Assembly: GCA_016000045.1 (NCBI GenBank)
Contig: JAECQY010000003.1
Location: forward strand, 91-64,090
Origin: Myxococcaceae bacterium
Lineage (GTDB): Bacteria; Myxococcota; UBA727; JABDBI01
Length of the DNA: 64,000 nt
Reading direction: 5' to 3'
Numbering within the stretch: position 1 is the first letter of the stretch; every line of letters starts with the position of its first letter. A program made the position numbers and the translations under genes. Under the pieces are notes generated by a model that had not been told where the DNA came from, made no database searches, and saw only the letters and a list, made by a program, of their open reading frames with translations. Positions 37,981 to 50,565 of this stretch are shown piece after piece.

Positions 37981-39281
37981 TCCAGCTCAATACAAAGCAA
38001 AGCTCCTGGTTGGTTACAAGCCATCTCTCGACTCGTCCATTGATCGCCATGCTTTCCTTGATTTCCATTTAGGTCAGCGGATCCGGATACCCAGTTGTTG
38101 CAAGTTCCATCTGTGCCAATTTCATAAATGGTCGCTTTCGAAACCCAAAATGGATCAAAGCCTATGCTGGCCCATGCTGCAATAGCATAGAAGTCGCTTC
38201 CACTATTGTTCGCTGTAGGGAAAAGAGGTCCAGAAATTTGTAGAGTTGGATCCGCTGCCAGGTAAATGTTTCGCGTTGCATCGAGCGCTTTGCCATTCGC
38301 TTGAGCTAAGAAATTGTAAGCAGATTTTGTTTTATCTCCCAAAACCGCCGCCCATTGCCCGCCATAGTTCAACGGAGCGCTATGGGCCAAATCATTGCAA
38401 ATCTGGTTGGCATCCGCTTGGCTTGCAAAAGTTGTGGATGAAGAGTTTTGGTTGTATGCAGTGCCTGGCGTATAAGTGGAGTTCGTCAAAAAAGCATGAC
38501 GGCTTCCAACACAAGCCCCATTGGTACAAATTTCATCAAATGGACAAGGACTGCCGGAGTTTCCACACCCACACGTGTTGTCCGTACAAGTATCCGAAGC
38601 CCCAGAACAAACAGCATTGTTACCGCATTGCCAGCCTTGAGTTGTCGAACAGCTATTCGCGGCTTTGTTGGCTGCAACATGATTGCAGGTACATTGGCTA
38701 GATACGCATTGTGTATTCGCTAAAGAGCAATCGCTATTGGAACCGCAGTAACATTGGTTCCCGTTCGCGGCAATCTGCCCACTGCCTGCAGCGGATTGAC
38801 ACGTTCCTAAATTGCCACAAGGGCCATTGTCTCGACACGAACGAACCGATTGGGCAGCACAAATACCGCTTTGGCAAGTTTGACCCGCGGCGCAGTTCGC
38901 ATCGACTGTGCAGGTACATTGCCCAAGGGTGGTATTGCAAGTAGAACCCGTCAAACAAGCCGAATTTTTACCGCAGGTGCAATAATTCCCAGAGGCATTC
39001 GAGGTACAAGCGTTCGCAAGCTTGCTATCACAATTTGCAGCTGCTCCGCATTGACAATCACGAGTGATCGAGTTGCAGGTTCCAAGCCCGGCGCAAATTA
39101 AATCATCACGGCAAAGCTGAGTCGTCTGTTTTTGGCATACTTTTGCTCCGCAGACCAAAGATTGATCGCAATCTGTGTCTTGGGAACAAGAGTCTCCTAC
39201 ATTGCCGGGCGTTGTGCTTTTGCTACAACCGATTCCGCTGCTCAGCAAACAAGCGAGAACCAGTAACAATTTTAGTTTCAT
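37974..39281 (-). CDS. secreted cysteine-rich repeat protein (Myxococcus-type Cys-rich repeats) with C-terminal lectin-like domain
   Basis: Signal/lipobox MKLKLLLVLACLLSSGIGC. About 20 repeats of C..D.C....C-type spacing. C-terminal ~150 aa ending ...ALLCIELDQ resembles a C-type-lectin-like/DUF1554-style tail (from memory). Confidence 0.6.
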   Translation of the reverse strand: MKLKLLLVLACLLSSGIGCSKSTTPGNVGDSCSQDTDCDQSLVCGAKVCQKQTTQLCRDDLICAGLGTCNSITRDCQCGAAANCDSKLANACTSNASGNYCTCGKNSACLTGSTCNTTLGQCTCTVDANCAAGQTCQSGICAAQSVRSCRDNGPCGNLGTCQSAAGSGQIAANGNQCYCGSNSDCSLANTQCVSSQCTCNHVAANKAANSCSTTQGWQCGNNAVCSGASDTCTDNTCGCGNSGSPCPFDEICTNGACVGSRHAFLTNSTYTPGTAYNQNSSSTTFASQADANQICNDLAHSAPLNYGGQWAAVLGDKTKSAYNFLAQANGKALDATRNIYLAADPTLQISGPLFPTANNSGSDFYAIAAWASIGFDPFWVSKATIYEIGTDGTCNNWVSGSADLNGNQGKHGDQWTSREMACNQPGALLCIELDQ

Positions 39282-39391
39282 GATTTATCCTCCAATTGAA
39301 AAGCTTAACTCTGGCTTCGATTCGAATTCAAGCATACTCTTGATTTTACTTTGCGCTTACCCTATAGCGATGGGAATCGAATGGGAGATAG

Positions 39392-41202
<1,811 letters not shown>

Positions 41203-41211
41203 ACTCGAAAG

Positions 41212-41598
41212 ATGTCTTTGCTATCGATTAAGAGAAAAAAAGCGATTCCTTTGAATCCGAGCTTTGAAGCGATGCCTCCGCTGGATGCATCACGCTTGGG
41301 AATCACTCCCGCTGCACTTCAAAAGCTTCAAAATTTACTCCTGGCAGAACCGGAAGCTTCTTACTTTCGCGTTGGGTTGCAGGGTGGGGGATGTTCAGGA
41401 CTCAAGCCTTTGTTTGCGATTGAGAAGTTTGTTCGAGAAAGCGATCATGTGATCCAAGAGGATTCGGTCACAGTCTGCATCGACCCGCGCTCTATGGCGC
41501 TCTTGGGAGGTTCTTGGCTAGACTTTGACCAAGGCTTCAAAATTCAAAGTCCTGCTTTTAAAAGATCTTGCTCTTGCGGTGAGTCTTTTTCAGTGTAA
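41212..41598 (+). CDS. Fe-S cluster insertion protein, IscA/ErpA (HesB) family
   Basis: RVGLQGGGCSGL...SCSCGESF has the three conserved Cys. True start may be the internal MPPLDAS (41272). Confidence 0.85.
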   Translation: MSLLSIKRKKAIPLNPSFEAMPPLDASRLGITPAALQKLQNLLLAEPEASYFRVGLQGGGCSGLKPLFAIEKFVRESDHVIQEDSVTVCIDPRSMALLGGSWLDFDQGFKIQSPAFKRSCSCGESFSV

Positions 41599-41612
41599 GG
41601 TGGTTGGATGAT

Positions 41613-41689
41613 TGGTTGCGGGGGGAGGATTTGAACCTCCGGCCTCCGGGTTATGAGCCCGACGAGCTACCGAGCTGCTCTACCCCGCG
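41613..41689 (-). tRNA. initiator tRNA-fMet (CAU)
   Basis: Minus-strand read CGCGGGGUAGAGCAGCUCGGUAGCUCGUCGGGCUCAUAACCCGGAGGCCGGAGGUUCAAAUCCUCCCCCCGCAACCA. C1:A72 mismatch and three G-C pairs in the anticodon stem; near-identical to E. coli tRNA-fMet. Confidence 0.9.
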
Positions 41690-42174
41690 TTCGAAGTTGT
41701 TTCTAACAGGTTGTGCTGAAGTGTCAAGACCCAATCGCTCGAAAATGATTTCGAAAACGAAAAGACAAGTTCTCGATGGAACTGCGACCCTTCTTTGAAC
41801 TCAATCTGAATACATTTTTCAGGAAGGGGATTCTGCAGATGATCCGGCCATTCGATGCACACAATCGCTTCAGCATCATCCAAAAGATTTTCAATCCCTA
41901 AATCCAGCAAGTCTAAGTTTTGAACGCGGTACAAATCCACATGGTGAACTCGTGGGTCCGTCGGGTAGGTATGCGCAAGCGCGTAGGTTGGGCTTCGCAC
42001 AAGACACTTCGAATCAAATTGCCGAACGAGTCCACGCACCAAAGCGGTTTTACCGGCTCCTAGAGTTCCCTGAAGAGCCAAAGTGATCGGCGGTACCACG
42101 TGCTTTGCCAAGATTTCTCCTATCGCTTCCGTTTGTTCAGGAGATTCGCTGATCCATGAAAACTTCATGTTCAA
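41680..42174 (-). CDS. tsaE: tRNA threonylcarbamoyladenosine biosynthesis ATPase TsaE
   Basis: [17 protein letters not shown]-loop, SPTYALAH...HHVDLYR motif. Stop lies ~10 nt inside the tRNA-fMet 5' end. Confidence 0.85.
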   Translation of the reverse strand: MNMKFSWISESPEQTEAIGEILAKHVVPPITLALQGTLGAGKTALVRGLVRQFDSKCLVRSPTYALAHTYPTDPRVHHVDLYRVQNLDLLDLGIENLLDDAEAIVCIEWPDHLQNPLPEKCIQIEFKEGSQFHRELVFSFSKSFSSDWVLTLQHNLLETTSNAG

Positions 42175-43037
42175 GGTCTCCTGGGAAATTGCGAAAAATC
42201 CGGCTTGCGTTTCTCCAAGTAAGCCCGGTGACCTTCTTGCCCTTCTTCAGACATATAAAAGAGCATGGTAGCGCAACCTGCCAATTCTTGAAGGCCTGCT
42301 TGACCATCGCAATCTGCGTTCAAAGCCGCCTTGAGGCAGCGAATGGCCAAGGGGGAGTTGGCTAATATTTCCTGACACCAGCGATCGACCTCTTGATCGA
42401 GTTCAGCCAATGGAACGACTCGGTTGACAAGTCCCATCTGAAGGGCTTCTTCAGCGCTGTATTGCCTACATAAAAACCAAATTTCTCGCGCTTTTTTCTG
42501 CCCAACAATGCGCGCCATGTAGCTTGCGCCGTAACCTGCGTCAAACGAACCGACTTTGGGTCCGGTTTGGCCAAAAATGGCATTGTCCGCTGCAATCGTC
42601 AGATCGCACATCATGTGAAGCACGTGACCACCGCCGATGGCGTAACCTGCAACGCGGGCGATCACCGGTTTCGGACAAGTTCGAATCGCCCTTTGAAAGT
42701 CTAATATGTTCAACCGATGAACTCCCTCTTCATCTTCATAGCCCGCTTCTTTACGAACCCGTTGATCTCCCCCAGAGCAAAAGGCGAGGTCACCTGATCC
42801 GGTCAAAACAATGACTCCAATCGAAGCGTCTTCTCGAGCATTCTCTAGGGCTTCAGACATTTCCACGACCGTTCGAGGTCGAAATGCATTTCGAACCTCG
42901 GGCCGATTAATGGTAATACGAGCAACGCCGTTTGTTTTTTCATAAAGAATATCGGTGTAGATCTTCATCCCAAGCTCATAGCCTGGTCGTTTTTCCCAAG
43001 CAACTGGCTGCCATGCGATGAGCCCGAAACCAGTCAA
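42171..43037 (-). CDS. menB: 1,4-dihydroxy-2-naphthoyl-CoA synthase
   Basis: [69 protein letters not shown]. Confidence 0.9.
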   Translation of the reverse strand: MTGFGLIAWQPVAWEKRPGYELGMKIYTDILYEKTNGVARITINRPEVRNAFRPRTVVEMSEALENAREDASIGVIVLTGSGDLAFCSGGDQRVRKEAGYEDEEGVHRLNILDFQRAIRTCPKPVIARVAGYAIGGGHVLHMMCDLTIAADNAIFGQTGPKVGSFDAGYGASYMARIVGQKKAREIWFLCRQYSAEEALQMGLVNRVVPLAELDQEVDRWCQEILANSPLAIRCLKAALNADCDGQAGLQELAGCATMLFYMSEEGQEGHRAYLEKRKPDFSQFPRRP

Positions 43038-43148
43038 ATAGAATAATGGCTTTTCAAAGCGAAGCGCTCAGCCCAAATTTCAGCAAAGCTTTGTTCAATC
43101 CGGGCCAGCCCGTTGACAGGACTATCGAAGCTCATTAAAAACGGGAGC

Positions 43149-43598
43149 ATGGAAGTAAACTCGACGCTTCTGGTCCAGCTTTTTCTATTTTTAAGTCTTC
43201 TGGCCTGGTTGTCGAAATTTTTGTTTGCGCCGATGCAAAAGCTTTTTGACGAACGCGAACGGCGCATCGAAGGGGCTCGAATAGAAGCTTTAAGACTTCA
43301 GAAGGAAGCTCAGCAACGCTTGGAAGAAGTAGAACTTCGAATTCATCAAGCTCAAAAAGAAGCGCGTTTGGCCCTAATCGCTCTTCAAGCCGAAGGTGCT
43401 CGATTTCATCGAGAAATTTTAGACACCGCTCGCAAACAAAACGCCCAGGAGCTCAAAGCAGCTCAAGAAGCCCTGCATGAGCAAATCGAGACGGTCCGTG
43501 CCGAACTCCTCGCGATGCAGCCTGAGATATCTCAACGCGTATCGGAACGACTCGTTGATTTCGATAGCAATCCAACCTGGGAACCAACTCATGCTTAA
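43149..43598 (+). CDS. ATP synthase F0 subunit b' (second b-type subunit)
   Basis: Single N-terminal TM (LLVQLFLFLSLLAWL) then long charged helix. Directly precedes atpF. Confidence 0.7.
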   Translation: MEVNSTLLVQLFLFLSLLAWLSKFLFAPMQKLFDERERRIEGARIEALRLQKEAQQRLEEVELRIHQAQKEARLALIALQAEGARFHREILDTARKQNAQELKAAQEALHEQIETVRAELLAMQPEISQRVSERLVDFDSNPTWEPTHA

Positions 43599-44103
43599 TT
43601 GGTGGGGAATCGGTCCAAGCTACAGAGAAAGCCCTGCGATTGGCTGGGTTTTGCTAACTTTTGCCATTTTTCTCTTCCTTCTTTATCGCTTTGCACGAAC
43701 CCCTTTGAGAACCTATTTGGAAGACCGCTCCAATCGCATTCGAACTGCCATTCAAGAAGCTCAAATTGCTCGGGAAGATGCGGCTCGAAAACTCAGCCAA
43801 TACGAATCTCGTTTAGCGGAGCTTGATGCTGAGATTGCATCCATGAAATTGGATTTCCAGAATCAAGGAAAGCAGGAACAAGCTCGTTTGCAGGAAGAAG
43901 CAGAAAAAATCGCCGAACTGATTCGAACTGAATCTCAGGAAACTCTCAAGGCAGAAATTCTTCGAACGGTTGCAAAACTTAAACGAGATCTAGCAGAAAA
44001 AGTCCTTGGATCGGCGCTGGAGCATCTTAAACTGGATCCAGAGCATGAGCCAAAGCGGCTCGCTCATTTTATTCGAGAAAGCCGTATGGAACTTAAAAAA
44101 TGA
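43591..44103 (+). CDS. atpF: ATP synthase F0 subunit b
   Basis: ATG 43591 (MLNWW). TM helix GWVLLTFAIFLFLLY then extended helical tail; followed by the delta subunit. Confidence 0.8.
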   Translation: MLNWWGIGPSYRESPAIGWVLLTFAIFLFLLYRFARTPLRTYLEDRSNRIRTAIQEAQIAREDAARKLSQYESRLAELDAEIASMKLDFQNQGKQEQARLQEEAEKIAELIRTESQETLKAEILRTVAKLKRDLAEKVLGSALEHLKLDPEHEPKRLAHFIRESRMELKK

Positions 44104-44621
44104 GCGCTCTCATCGCGAAGCGATATGCTAAGGCCTTATTATCCGCAGTCCAGGGTGCTGAAGAGCAAGGACAGATTGAATCTCAACTCAAATTTTTAGC
44201 AGATGCTTGCAAAATCCCTGCCGTTCAGCAATTTTTTGAAAACCCTCGTTTTCAAAAAGATGAACGCTTTCGATTGATTAAAAATCTCGATCTCCAACCT
44301 GCGCTCTTGCACTGCTTGAAACTATTGATAGATCGAAATCGTATCTCGTTGCTATCGGAACTTGATGCTTCGTTTCGTTCGGAGCTGGATCGCCACTTAG
44401 GCCGTGTCCGAGCTCGTGTTACCAGCGCCAAACCGCTCGATGCTGAGCAAAGCGCACAAATAGCCCAAGCACTCAGCGATCGAATAGGCCTGCCGGTACT
44501 GACAGAGAATACAGTTGACCCTGCCGTTTTGGCTGGAATTCGTGCAAAGATCGGCGGCTTGGTATTTGACAACACCCTTCAAACACAGTTTTCGCAGTTA
44601 AGAAAGGATTTATGCAGCTAA
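44100..44621 (+). CDS. atpH: ATP synthase F1 delta subunit (OSCP)
   Basis: [15 protein letters not shown]-terminus; ~173 aa; between b and alpha. Confidence 0.85.
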   Translation: MSALIAKRYAKALLSAVQGAEEQGQIESQLKFLADACKIPAVQQFFENPRFQKDERFRLIKNLDLQPALLHCLKLLIDRNRISLLSELDASFRSELDRHLGRVRARVTSAKPLDAEQSAQIAQALSDRIGLPVLTENTVDPAVLAGIRAKIGGLVFDNTLQTQFSQLRKDLCS

Positions 44622-46183
44622 GAGCAGAAGAAATATCGCGCATTCTAAAAGACCAAATCGAGAATTTCGATACCCGAACCCAAGTTGCAGAAACCGGATC
44701 GGTATTAAGAGTCGGCGACGGCGTTGCCCGTGTCTACGGTCTTGAGCACGCTCAAGCAGGTGAATTGGTCGAGTTCTCCAATGGCACCAAGGGCCTTCTT
44801 CTGAATTTAGAAGAAGATTGCGTGGGCATCGCAATCATGGGAAGCGATACCGATATCCGAGAAGGAGACCTTGTCAAAAGAACCGGCCGAATCGCTGACG
44901 TTGCAGCAGGCGATGCCGTTTTAGGTCGTGTGTTGAACGGGTTAGGGGAGCCCATTGACGATCGAGGCCCCATTGCTGCGACGGAAAGACGCCTGATTGA
45001 AACCAAAGCGCCCGGTATTATTGCCCGAGAACCCGTGACGGAACCGATGCAAACTGGGATCAAAGCCATCGACGCCATGATTCCCATTGGCCGCGGGCAG
45101 CGCGAACTGATTATCGGGGATCGCCAAACTGGCAAGACCGCGATTGCGATAGACACCATCTTAAATCAGAAAAATACAGGCGTGAAATGCATTTACGTAG
45201 CGATCGGCCAAAAACAATCCACCGTCGCTCAAGTGGTGGATAAACTCCGAAAGCACGGTGCCATGGAATACACGGTGGTGGTTTCAGCGACGGCTTCCGA
45301 TCCGGCTTCCTTGCAATTTTTGGCCCCCTACACAGGTACCGCGATTGGAGAGTATTGGCGGGACAATGGCGAACACGCTTTAATTGTCTATGACGACTTG
45401 TCCAAACAAGCGGTTGCCTACCGCCAACTCTCTTTGCTTTTGAGAAGACCTCCCGGTCGCGAAGCGTTTCCGGGCGATGTTTTTTACATTCACAGCCGTT
45501 TGCTCGAACGGGCGGCTAAGATTAGCAGCCAGGAAAAAGAGCTGGCGGCTTACCCCTATATTAAGAAAGGCGGAGGCAGTCTCACGGCCTTGCCCATTAT
45601 TGAGACGCAAGCAGGGGATGTTTCTGCCTATATTCCAACAAACGTTATTTCGATTACAGACGGCCAGATTTACTTAGAAAGCGACTTGTTTCATTCAGGC
45701 CAGCGTCCCGCTGTAAACGTGGGTCTTTCGGTTTCTCGAGTGGGTGGTGCGGCTCAAATTGCTTCCATGAAGCAGTTTGCAGGAACGATGCGCCTTGACC
45801 TGGCTCAGTATCGGGAATTAGCTGCTTTTGCACAGTTTGGTTCGGACTTAGACAAAGCGACTTTGGAGCAAATTGCGCGTGGAAAACGCTTGTTTGAACT
45901 TTTGAAACAGAAGCAATACAGCCCTTATCCGGTTGAAGAGCAGGTCGTTCAGATTTACGCGGCGACTCAGGCCAAGCATGCAGAATCCAATGCAACCTTC
46001 GTGAGACACATCGAGCCAAGCGAGATTGCCCACTACGCAGAAGAGCTCACGGTCTATATGCGCGCTCAGCACGCCGATATCTTGCAAAGCATCCGAGAGA
46101 ATCCCAGAAAAAAAGTGGATGGAGAATTGCGAGAAAGGCTTCATCAAGCTTTGCTCGCATTTGAAAGCGTGTTCGGAGCATAA
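44612..46183 (+). CDS. atpA: ATP synthase F1 alpha subunit
   Basis: [16 protein letters not shown]-loop; 523 aa. Confidence 0.95.
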   Translation: MQLRAEEISRILKDQIENFDTRTQVAETGSVLRVGDGVARVYGLEHAQAGELVEFSNGTKGLLLNLEEDCVGIAIMGSDTDIREGDLVKRTGRIADVAAGDAVLGRVLNGLGEPIDDRGPIAATERRLIETKAPGIIAREPVTEPMQTGIKAIDAMIPIGRGQRELIIGDRQTGKTAIAIDTILNQKNTGVKCIYVAIGQKQSTVAQVVDKLRKHGAMEYTVVVSATASDPASLQFLAPYTGTAIGEYWRDNGEHALIVYDDLSKQAVAYRQLSLLLRRPPGREAFPGDVFYIHSRLLERAAKISSQEKELAAYPYIKKGGGSLTALPIIETQAGDVSAYIPTNVISITDGQIYLESDLFHSGQRPAVNVGLSVSRVGGAAQIASMKQFAGTMRLDLAQYRELAAFAQFGSDLDKATLEQIARGKRLFELLKQKQYSPYPVEEQVVQIYAATQAKHAESNATFVRHIEPSEIAHYAEELTVYMRAQHADILQSIRENPRKKVDGELRERLHQALLAFESVFGA

Positions 46184-46186
46184 GCA

Positions 46187-47056
46187 ATGGCATCGTTGAG
46201 AGATATCCGAAAGCGTATCAAAAGCGTTAAGAGTTCGGAAAAAATCACCAAAGCGATGAAGATGGTGGCTGCGGCTAAACTTCGTCGCGCTCAAGATGAA
46301 GTCCGTAAATCAAAGACTTATGCGCGCCGCATGGACGAAGTGGTGGGTCGTATTGCGAAGCGGCTCGAACTCCAAGGCCAAGCAGCCCATCCGCTCTTGG
46401 AAATTCACGAGTCGCTCAAGCGCGTGGAAATTTTGGTCCTCACTTCGGAGCGAGGCCTTTGCGGCGCATTTAATTCCAATATCATCCGGCGTTCTCAGCG
46501 ATTTCTCGCGGAAAAGGCCCATGAACACGATGAGATTCGTGTTTCAACGCTCGGTCAAAAAGGCTTTGAGGCGCTAAAACGAGAGGGAGTAAAAATCCGC
46601 AAAAATTACACGGATATTTTGAACCGCCCCAGTTACCTCAAAGCTTCTGAAATTGCCGAAGAGTTAGCCAGTTCTTACTTAAAAGACCACGTAGATTCAG
46701 TTTATATTATCTACAACGAGTTTAAGAGTGCTATCTCTCAGCAAGTTATTTTGAAGCAAATATTGCCGATTGTCTCAGCCAAATCGGTTGAAGATCCGGT
46801 CGATTACCTTTACGAGCCATCCCAAACAGAACTCTTAGAGCATCTGCTTCCCAAACATTTAACGACTCAGCTTTATCAGGCTTGCTTAGAGTCGGTTGCT
46901 TCTGAACATGGGGCTCGTATGACCGCGATGGAGAATGCAACACGGAATGCCAAAGACGTTATTTCTACCTTGACGCTTCAATACAATCGAGCGCGCCAAA
47001 CTTCCATTACTAAAGAGCTGATGGAGATCATCGGGGGAGCTGAAGCCTTAACATGA
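46187..47056 (+). CDS. atpG: ATP synthase F1 gamma subunit
   Basis: MASLRDIRKRIKSVKSSEKITKAMKMVAAAKLRRAQ. C-terminal ITKELMEIIGGAEAL. Confidence 0.95.
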   Translation: MASLRDIRKRIKSVKSSEKITKAMKMVAAAKLRRAQDEVRKSKTYARRMDEVVGRIAKRLELQGQAAHPLLEIHESLKRVEILVLTSERGLCGAFNSNIIRRSQRFLAEKAHEHDEIRVSTLGQKGFEALKREGVKIRKNYTDILNRPSYLKASEIAEELASSYLKDHVDSVYIIYNEFKSAISQQVILKQILPIVSAKSVEDPVDYLYEPSQTELLEHLLPKHLTTQLYQACLESVASEHGARMTAMENATRNAKDVISTLTLQYNRARQTSITKELMEIIGGAEALT

Positions 47057-47466
47057 GCGTGAGGCTTGAAAAATACGTCCGGTTTGCCGATGTTGATGCC
47101 GCGGGCTGGCTCTATTACCCTCGTTTTATCGAGTATTGCCAAGAGAGTTTTGAAGACTGGGTGAATGCATCCGCTCCGCTCAACTACCGGCAAATAATTG
47201 ACGAACAGCGATGGGGATTTCCGGCCGTTCAGGTGCAAGGGAAATACCGTTCGCCTTTGAAACATGCGGACCGAATTTGGGTGGATATTCAAATCTTGCA
47301 TTTGGGAACCAGTTCTATGCGAACCGGCTTTCAGTTTATTCGCCAAGATAATGATGCATTGAGCTTTGAAGCTGAAATCACGAGCGTCTGTACAAACCTC
47401 GATCAGGCCAAATCGATGCCTATCCCAGAAGTTATTCGTGAATTTTTAGAATCGATTCGACTTTAG
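47053..47466 (+). CDS. hotdog-fold acyl-CoA thioesterase (4HBT/YbgC-like)
   Basis: VRFADVDAAGWLYYPRFIEYCQE; ~137 aa; ATGA overlap with atpG. Confidence 0.7.
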   Translation: MSVRLEKYVRFADVDAAGWLYYPRFIEYCQESFEDWVNASAPLNYRQIIDEQRWGFPAVQVQGKYRSPLKHADRIWVDIQILHLGTSSMRTGFQFIRQDNDALSFEAEITSVCTNLDQAKSMPIPEVIREFLESIRL

Positions 47467-47489
47467 AGTACGAAAAATAGGATGCCAGA

Positions 47490-47708
47490 ATGGACGATTT
47501 TTACCGGCAATATATACGAACTGGAGCCATAGGGCTCGAAGTCGGGCTTTCGATCATCGTTGGTGCCGGACTCGGTGATTGGATTGATGGCCACTATGGC
47601 GTGGCGCCGGCAGGGATCTTCATCGGAACCGCCTTCGGAGTCGCTGCTGCTGGGAAAGCTTTATGGAGACTTTCTAAGGACTATTTGAGGCAAAATTCAG
47701 ATGATTAA
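47490..47708 (+). CDS. AtpZ/AtpI-like small membrane protein (ATP synthase operon 'gene 1' family)
   Basis: 72 aa with two Gly-rich TM helices (GLEVGLSIIVGAGLGDWIDGHYGVAPAGIFIGTAFGVAAAGKALWRL). This matches the AtpZ pattern (from memory). Confidence 0.5.
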   Translation: MDDFYRQYIRTGAIGLEVGLSIIVGAGLGDWIDGHYGVAPAGIFIGTAFGVAAAGKALWRLSKDYLRQNSDD

Positions 47709-47753
47709 GGCGCTTTCACCTGGCGGTTCTGGCTCTCAAGTCTTCGAAGCTAA

Positions 47754-47933
47754 CTGGACATAACGGCGAAGGAACAATTTGACCTGGGATTTTCTGAAGG
47801 CGAAGCGATTGGTAAAATTAAAGCGGTTGAAGAAACCGCTCGAAAACTTTTAAGCCTTGGCATCGATCAGGAGTCGGTTTTGAAAGCGACGGGCCTTTCT
47901 CTCGAAGTGTTGATCGGGCTGAATCAAAAATAA
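47754..47933 (+). pseudogene. C-terminal remnant of an Rpn/YhgA-like (PD-(D/E)XK transposase-like) protein
   Basis: 59-codon open frame LDITAKEQFDLGFSEGEAIGKIKAVEETARKLLSLGIDQESVLKATGLSLEVLIGLNQK*. This resembles the conserved ...ia..LL..G...e.ia..TGLs.eei..L tail of Rpn-family proteins. No upstream body. Confidence 0.3.
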
Positions 47934-47975
47934 AAATTTCCAAACTTGGCCTCTAGAGTACCCGCTTGACGAACA

Positions 47976-48000
47976 AAATAGGACCAATATGGTCCTATTT
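47976..48000. promoter_or_regulatory. 25-nt near-perfect palindrome (aaataggacca-a-t-a-tggtcctattt) overlapping the Rrf2 regulator start; candidate Rrf2/IscR-type operator
   Basis: 11-bp arms with a single central mismatch. Sits over the SD/start codon of the Rrf2 gene heading the suf operon. Confidence 0.45.
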
Positions 48001-48402
48001 CCAATGATCCGTGTCCACAAACTGACAGACTATGCCATTATTTTGATGGTCTACTTAGCTCAAAAAAGCAAAGGGTCTATTTCAACCACGCGCGAGTTGG
48101 CGGAAGAATCAGGAGTCCCGAGTACCACCGTAAGCAAACTCCTGAAACAGCTCCACAAAGGAGGCTGGTTGGAGTCAAGCCGGGGCGTGCAGGGCGGTTA
48201 CGCGCTTGCTCACGATCCCGCCACCATTTCTTTGCTTGCTATCATCGAAGCCTTGGAAGGACCGATTAAACTCACGGATTGCCAAAATAGCTGCCAACTT
48301 GAGAATGCTTGTCCGACTCAACGACCTTGGCAAACCATCAACCAAATCCTCAAGAATACGTTATCAACCATTTCGTTGGCTGATCTCAAGAGCTGCTCAT
48401 GA
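47989..48402 (+). CDS. Rrf2-family [Fe-S]-binding transcriptional regulator (IscR/SufR-like)
   Basis: [15 protein letters not shown] w[23 protein letters not shown], Cys cluster [14 protein letters not shown]. Immediately upstream of sufB with 4-nt overlap. Confidence 0.85.
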   Translation: MVLFPMIRVHKLTDYAIILMVYLAQKSKGSISTTRELAEESGVPSTTVSKLLKQLHKGGWLESSRGVQGGYALAHDPATISLLAIIEALEGPIKLTDCQNSCQLENACPTQRPWQTINQILKNTLSTISLADLKSCS

Positions 48403-49826
48403 TCCAAGAATTGACCGAAAAAAGTTACGCTTACGGCTTTGTAACGGACATTGAATCCGACACCCTTCCTCCTGGCCTCAACGAAGACGTGATTCGCTTT
48501 ATTTCGAAAACAAAGGAAGAACCCGAGTGGTTACTGCACTGGCGCCTCAAAGCCTTTGAACATTGGAAAACCCTTCGTGAACCGCATTGGGCTCACCTCA
48601 ACTATCCTCCAATCGACTATCAAGCAATCTGCTACTACTCCGCTCCAAAACCCAAAAAGCAGCTGAAGAGCCTGGATGAGCTGGATCCTGAGATTTTAAA
48701 AACCTATCAAAAACTGGGCATCCCACTTCGTGAGCAAGAAAAATTCGCCAATGTAGCGGTGGATGCCGTATTTGACAGCGTGTCCGTAGCAACGACTTTC
48801 AAAGAACGCTTATCGAAAGTAGGAGTCGTTTTTTGTTCATTCTCCGAAGCCGTCCGAAATTACCCGGAATTGGTACGCTCTTATCTCGGAACAGTGGTCC
48901 CGATGGCTGACAATTTTTTTTCAGCCCTTAATTCGGCTGTCTTTAGCGATGGCTCGTTTTGCTACATCCCCAAAGGTGTTCGTTGTCCCATGGAGCTGTC
49001 GACTTATTTTCGCATTAACTCCGCAAATACCGGGCAATTTGAAAGAACCTTGATCGTTGCAGAAGAAGGCAGTTACGTATCGTATCTGGAAGGCTGCACC
49101 GCTCCGATGCGCGATGAAAATCAGCTTCACGCTGCGGTGGTTGAACTGATCGCGCTCGATCGTGCCGAGATTAAATACTCCACCGTTCAGAATTGGTACC
49201 CGGGCGATGAAAACGGCAAAGGTGGTATCTACAACTTTGTCACTAAGCGTGGAGCTTGCCGAGGATACAAATCCAAAATTTCTTGGACGCAAGTGGAAAC
49301 CGGATCGGCCATTACCTGGAAATACCCGAGCGTGCTCTTACAAGGCGATGAATCTTCGGGAGAGTTTTATTCCGTTGCAGTGACTAACCACTGCCAGCAA
49401 GCCGATACCGGAACTAAAATGATCCACATCGGTAAAAATACAAGCAGCACCATTATTTCCAAAGGCATCAGCGCGGGGAAAAGTCAAAATTCCTATCGAG
49501 GTTTGGTTCGCGTACAGAAAGGGGCTGAAAATGCTCGAAACTATTCACAATGCGATTCGCTCTTATTTCGAAATGAATGTGGAGCCAATACCTACCCATA
49601 CATCGATGCTCGCCATCCAACTGCGCAGATTGAGCACGAAGCAACCACTTCGAGAGTGAGCGATGATCAAATTTTCTACTGCCAACAACGAGGCATTTCA
49701 ACGGAAGATGCCATCAATTTGATTGTAAACGGATTTTGCAAAAGCGTATTTCGCAAGCTCCCCATGGAGTTTGCTGTGGAAGCGCAAAAATTATTGGGAA
49801 TCTCACTGGAAGGAGCCGTTGGATAA
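48399..49826 (+). CDS. sufB: Fe-S cluster assembly protein SufB
   Basis: 475 aa; strongly SufB-like throughout (e.g. [18 protein letters not shown]). Confidence 0.95.
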   Translation: MIQELTEKSYAYGFVTDIESDTLPPGLNEDVIRFISKTKEEPEWLLHWRLKAFEHWKTLREPHWAHLNYPPIDYQAICYYSAPKPKKQLKSLDELDPEILKTYQKLGIPLREQEKFANVAVDAVFDSVSVATTFKERLSKVGVVFCSFSEAVRNYPELVRSYLGTVVPMADNFFSALNSAVFSDGSFCYIPKGVRCPMELSTYFRINSANTGQFERTLIVAEEGSYVSYLEGCTAPMRDENQLHAAVVELIALDRAEIKYSTVQNWYPGDENGKGGIYNFVTKRGACRGYKSKISWTQVETGSAITWKYPSVLLQGDESSGEFYSVAVTNHCQQADTGTKMIHIGKNTSSTIISKGISAGKSQNSYRGLVRVQKGAENARNYSQCDSLLFRNECGANTYPYIDARHPTAQIEHEATTSRVSDDQIFYCQQRGISTEDAINLIVNGFCKSVFRKLPMEFAVEAQKLLGISLEGAVG

Positions 49827-49827
49827 T

Positions 49828-50565
49828 ATGCTAAAGATTCAAGGACTGAATGTTCGAACAGGCGATAAGCCTATTTTAAAAGGCCTCTCACTTGAGATCA
49901 AGTCGGGCGAAGTGCATGCGATCATGGGCCCCAATGGTTCCGGGAAAAGCACTCTTTCTCAGGTTTTGGCGGGCCATTCAGCTTATACCATCGAATCCGG
50001 CTCTGTTTCGTTTAAAAATCAAGATCTGTTCCTCTTATCGCCTGAGCAAAGAGCCTTGGAAGGTCTTTTTTTAGCCTTTCAGTACCCGATCGAAATTCCT
50101 GGGGTCAACAACACTTATTTCTTAAAAGCGGCCATGAATGCCAAACGTCGTCACTTAGGCTTGCCTGAGATGGATGCTGTGGATTTCTTAAAGAAAATTC
50201 AAGAAAAAATGGCACTTTTAAAAATGGACAAAGCTTTTTTAGAACGCAACGTCAACGAAGGATTTTCAGGGGGCGAAAAGAAGCGCAATGAAGCCTTGCA
50301 AATTGCTTTACTCGAACCTGATTTAGCGATTTTAGATGAAACGGATTCAGGTCTTGATATCGATGCACTTCGGATCGTCGCCGCAAATATTAACGCGCTT
50401 CGCCATGCCAACCGCAGCTTTTTATTGGTGACACACTATCAAAGATTGCTGGACTATATTGTGCCTGACTATGTCCATGTACTGCGCGATGGTGCCATCG
50501 TTCAAACTGGCCCGAAAGAGCTGGCGCTTTCTCTGGAGCAAACAGGCTATGATTCAACGCATTGA
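49828..50565 (+). CDS. sufC: Fe-S cluster assembly ATPase SufC
   Basis: MLKIQGLNV...IMGPNGSGKSTLSQVLAGH...FSGGEKKRNEALQ...LAILDETDSGLDIDAL. Confidence 0.95.
   Translation: MLKIQGLNVRTGDKPILKGLSLEIKSGEVHAIMGPNGSGKSTLSQVLAGHSAYTIESGSVSFKNQDLFLLSPEQRALEGLFLAFQYPIEIPGVNNTYFLKAAMNAKRRHLGLPEMDAVDFLKKIQEKMALLKMDKAFLERNVNEGFSGGEKKRNEALQIALLEPDLAILDETDSGLDIDALRIVAANINALRHANRSFLLVTHYQRLLDYIVPDYVHVLRDGAIVQTGPKELALSLEQTGYDSTH

Noticed and set aside
41604-41798. 64-aa plus-strand ORF
   Set aside because: Covers the tRNA-fMet gene and the tsaE 3' end on the opposite strand.
44752-45159. 135-aa minus-strand ORF
   Set aside because: Antisense within atpA.
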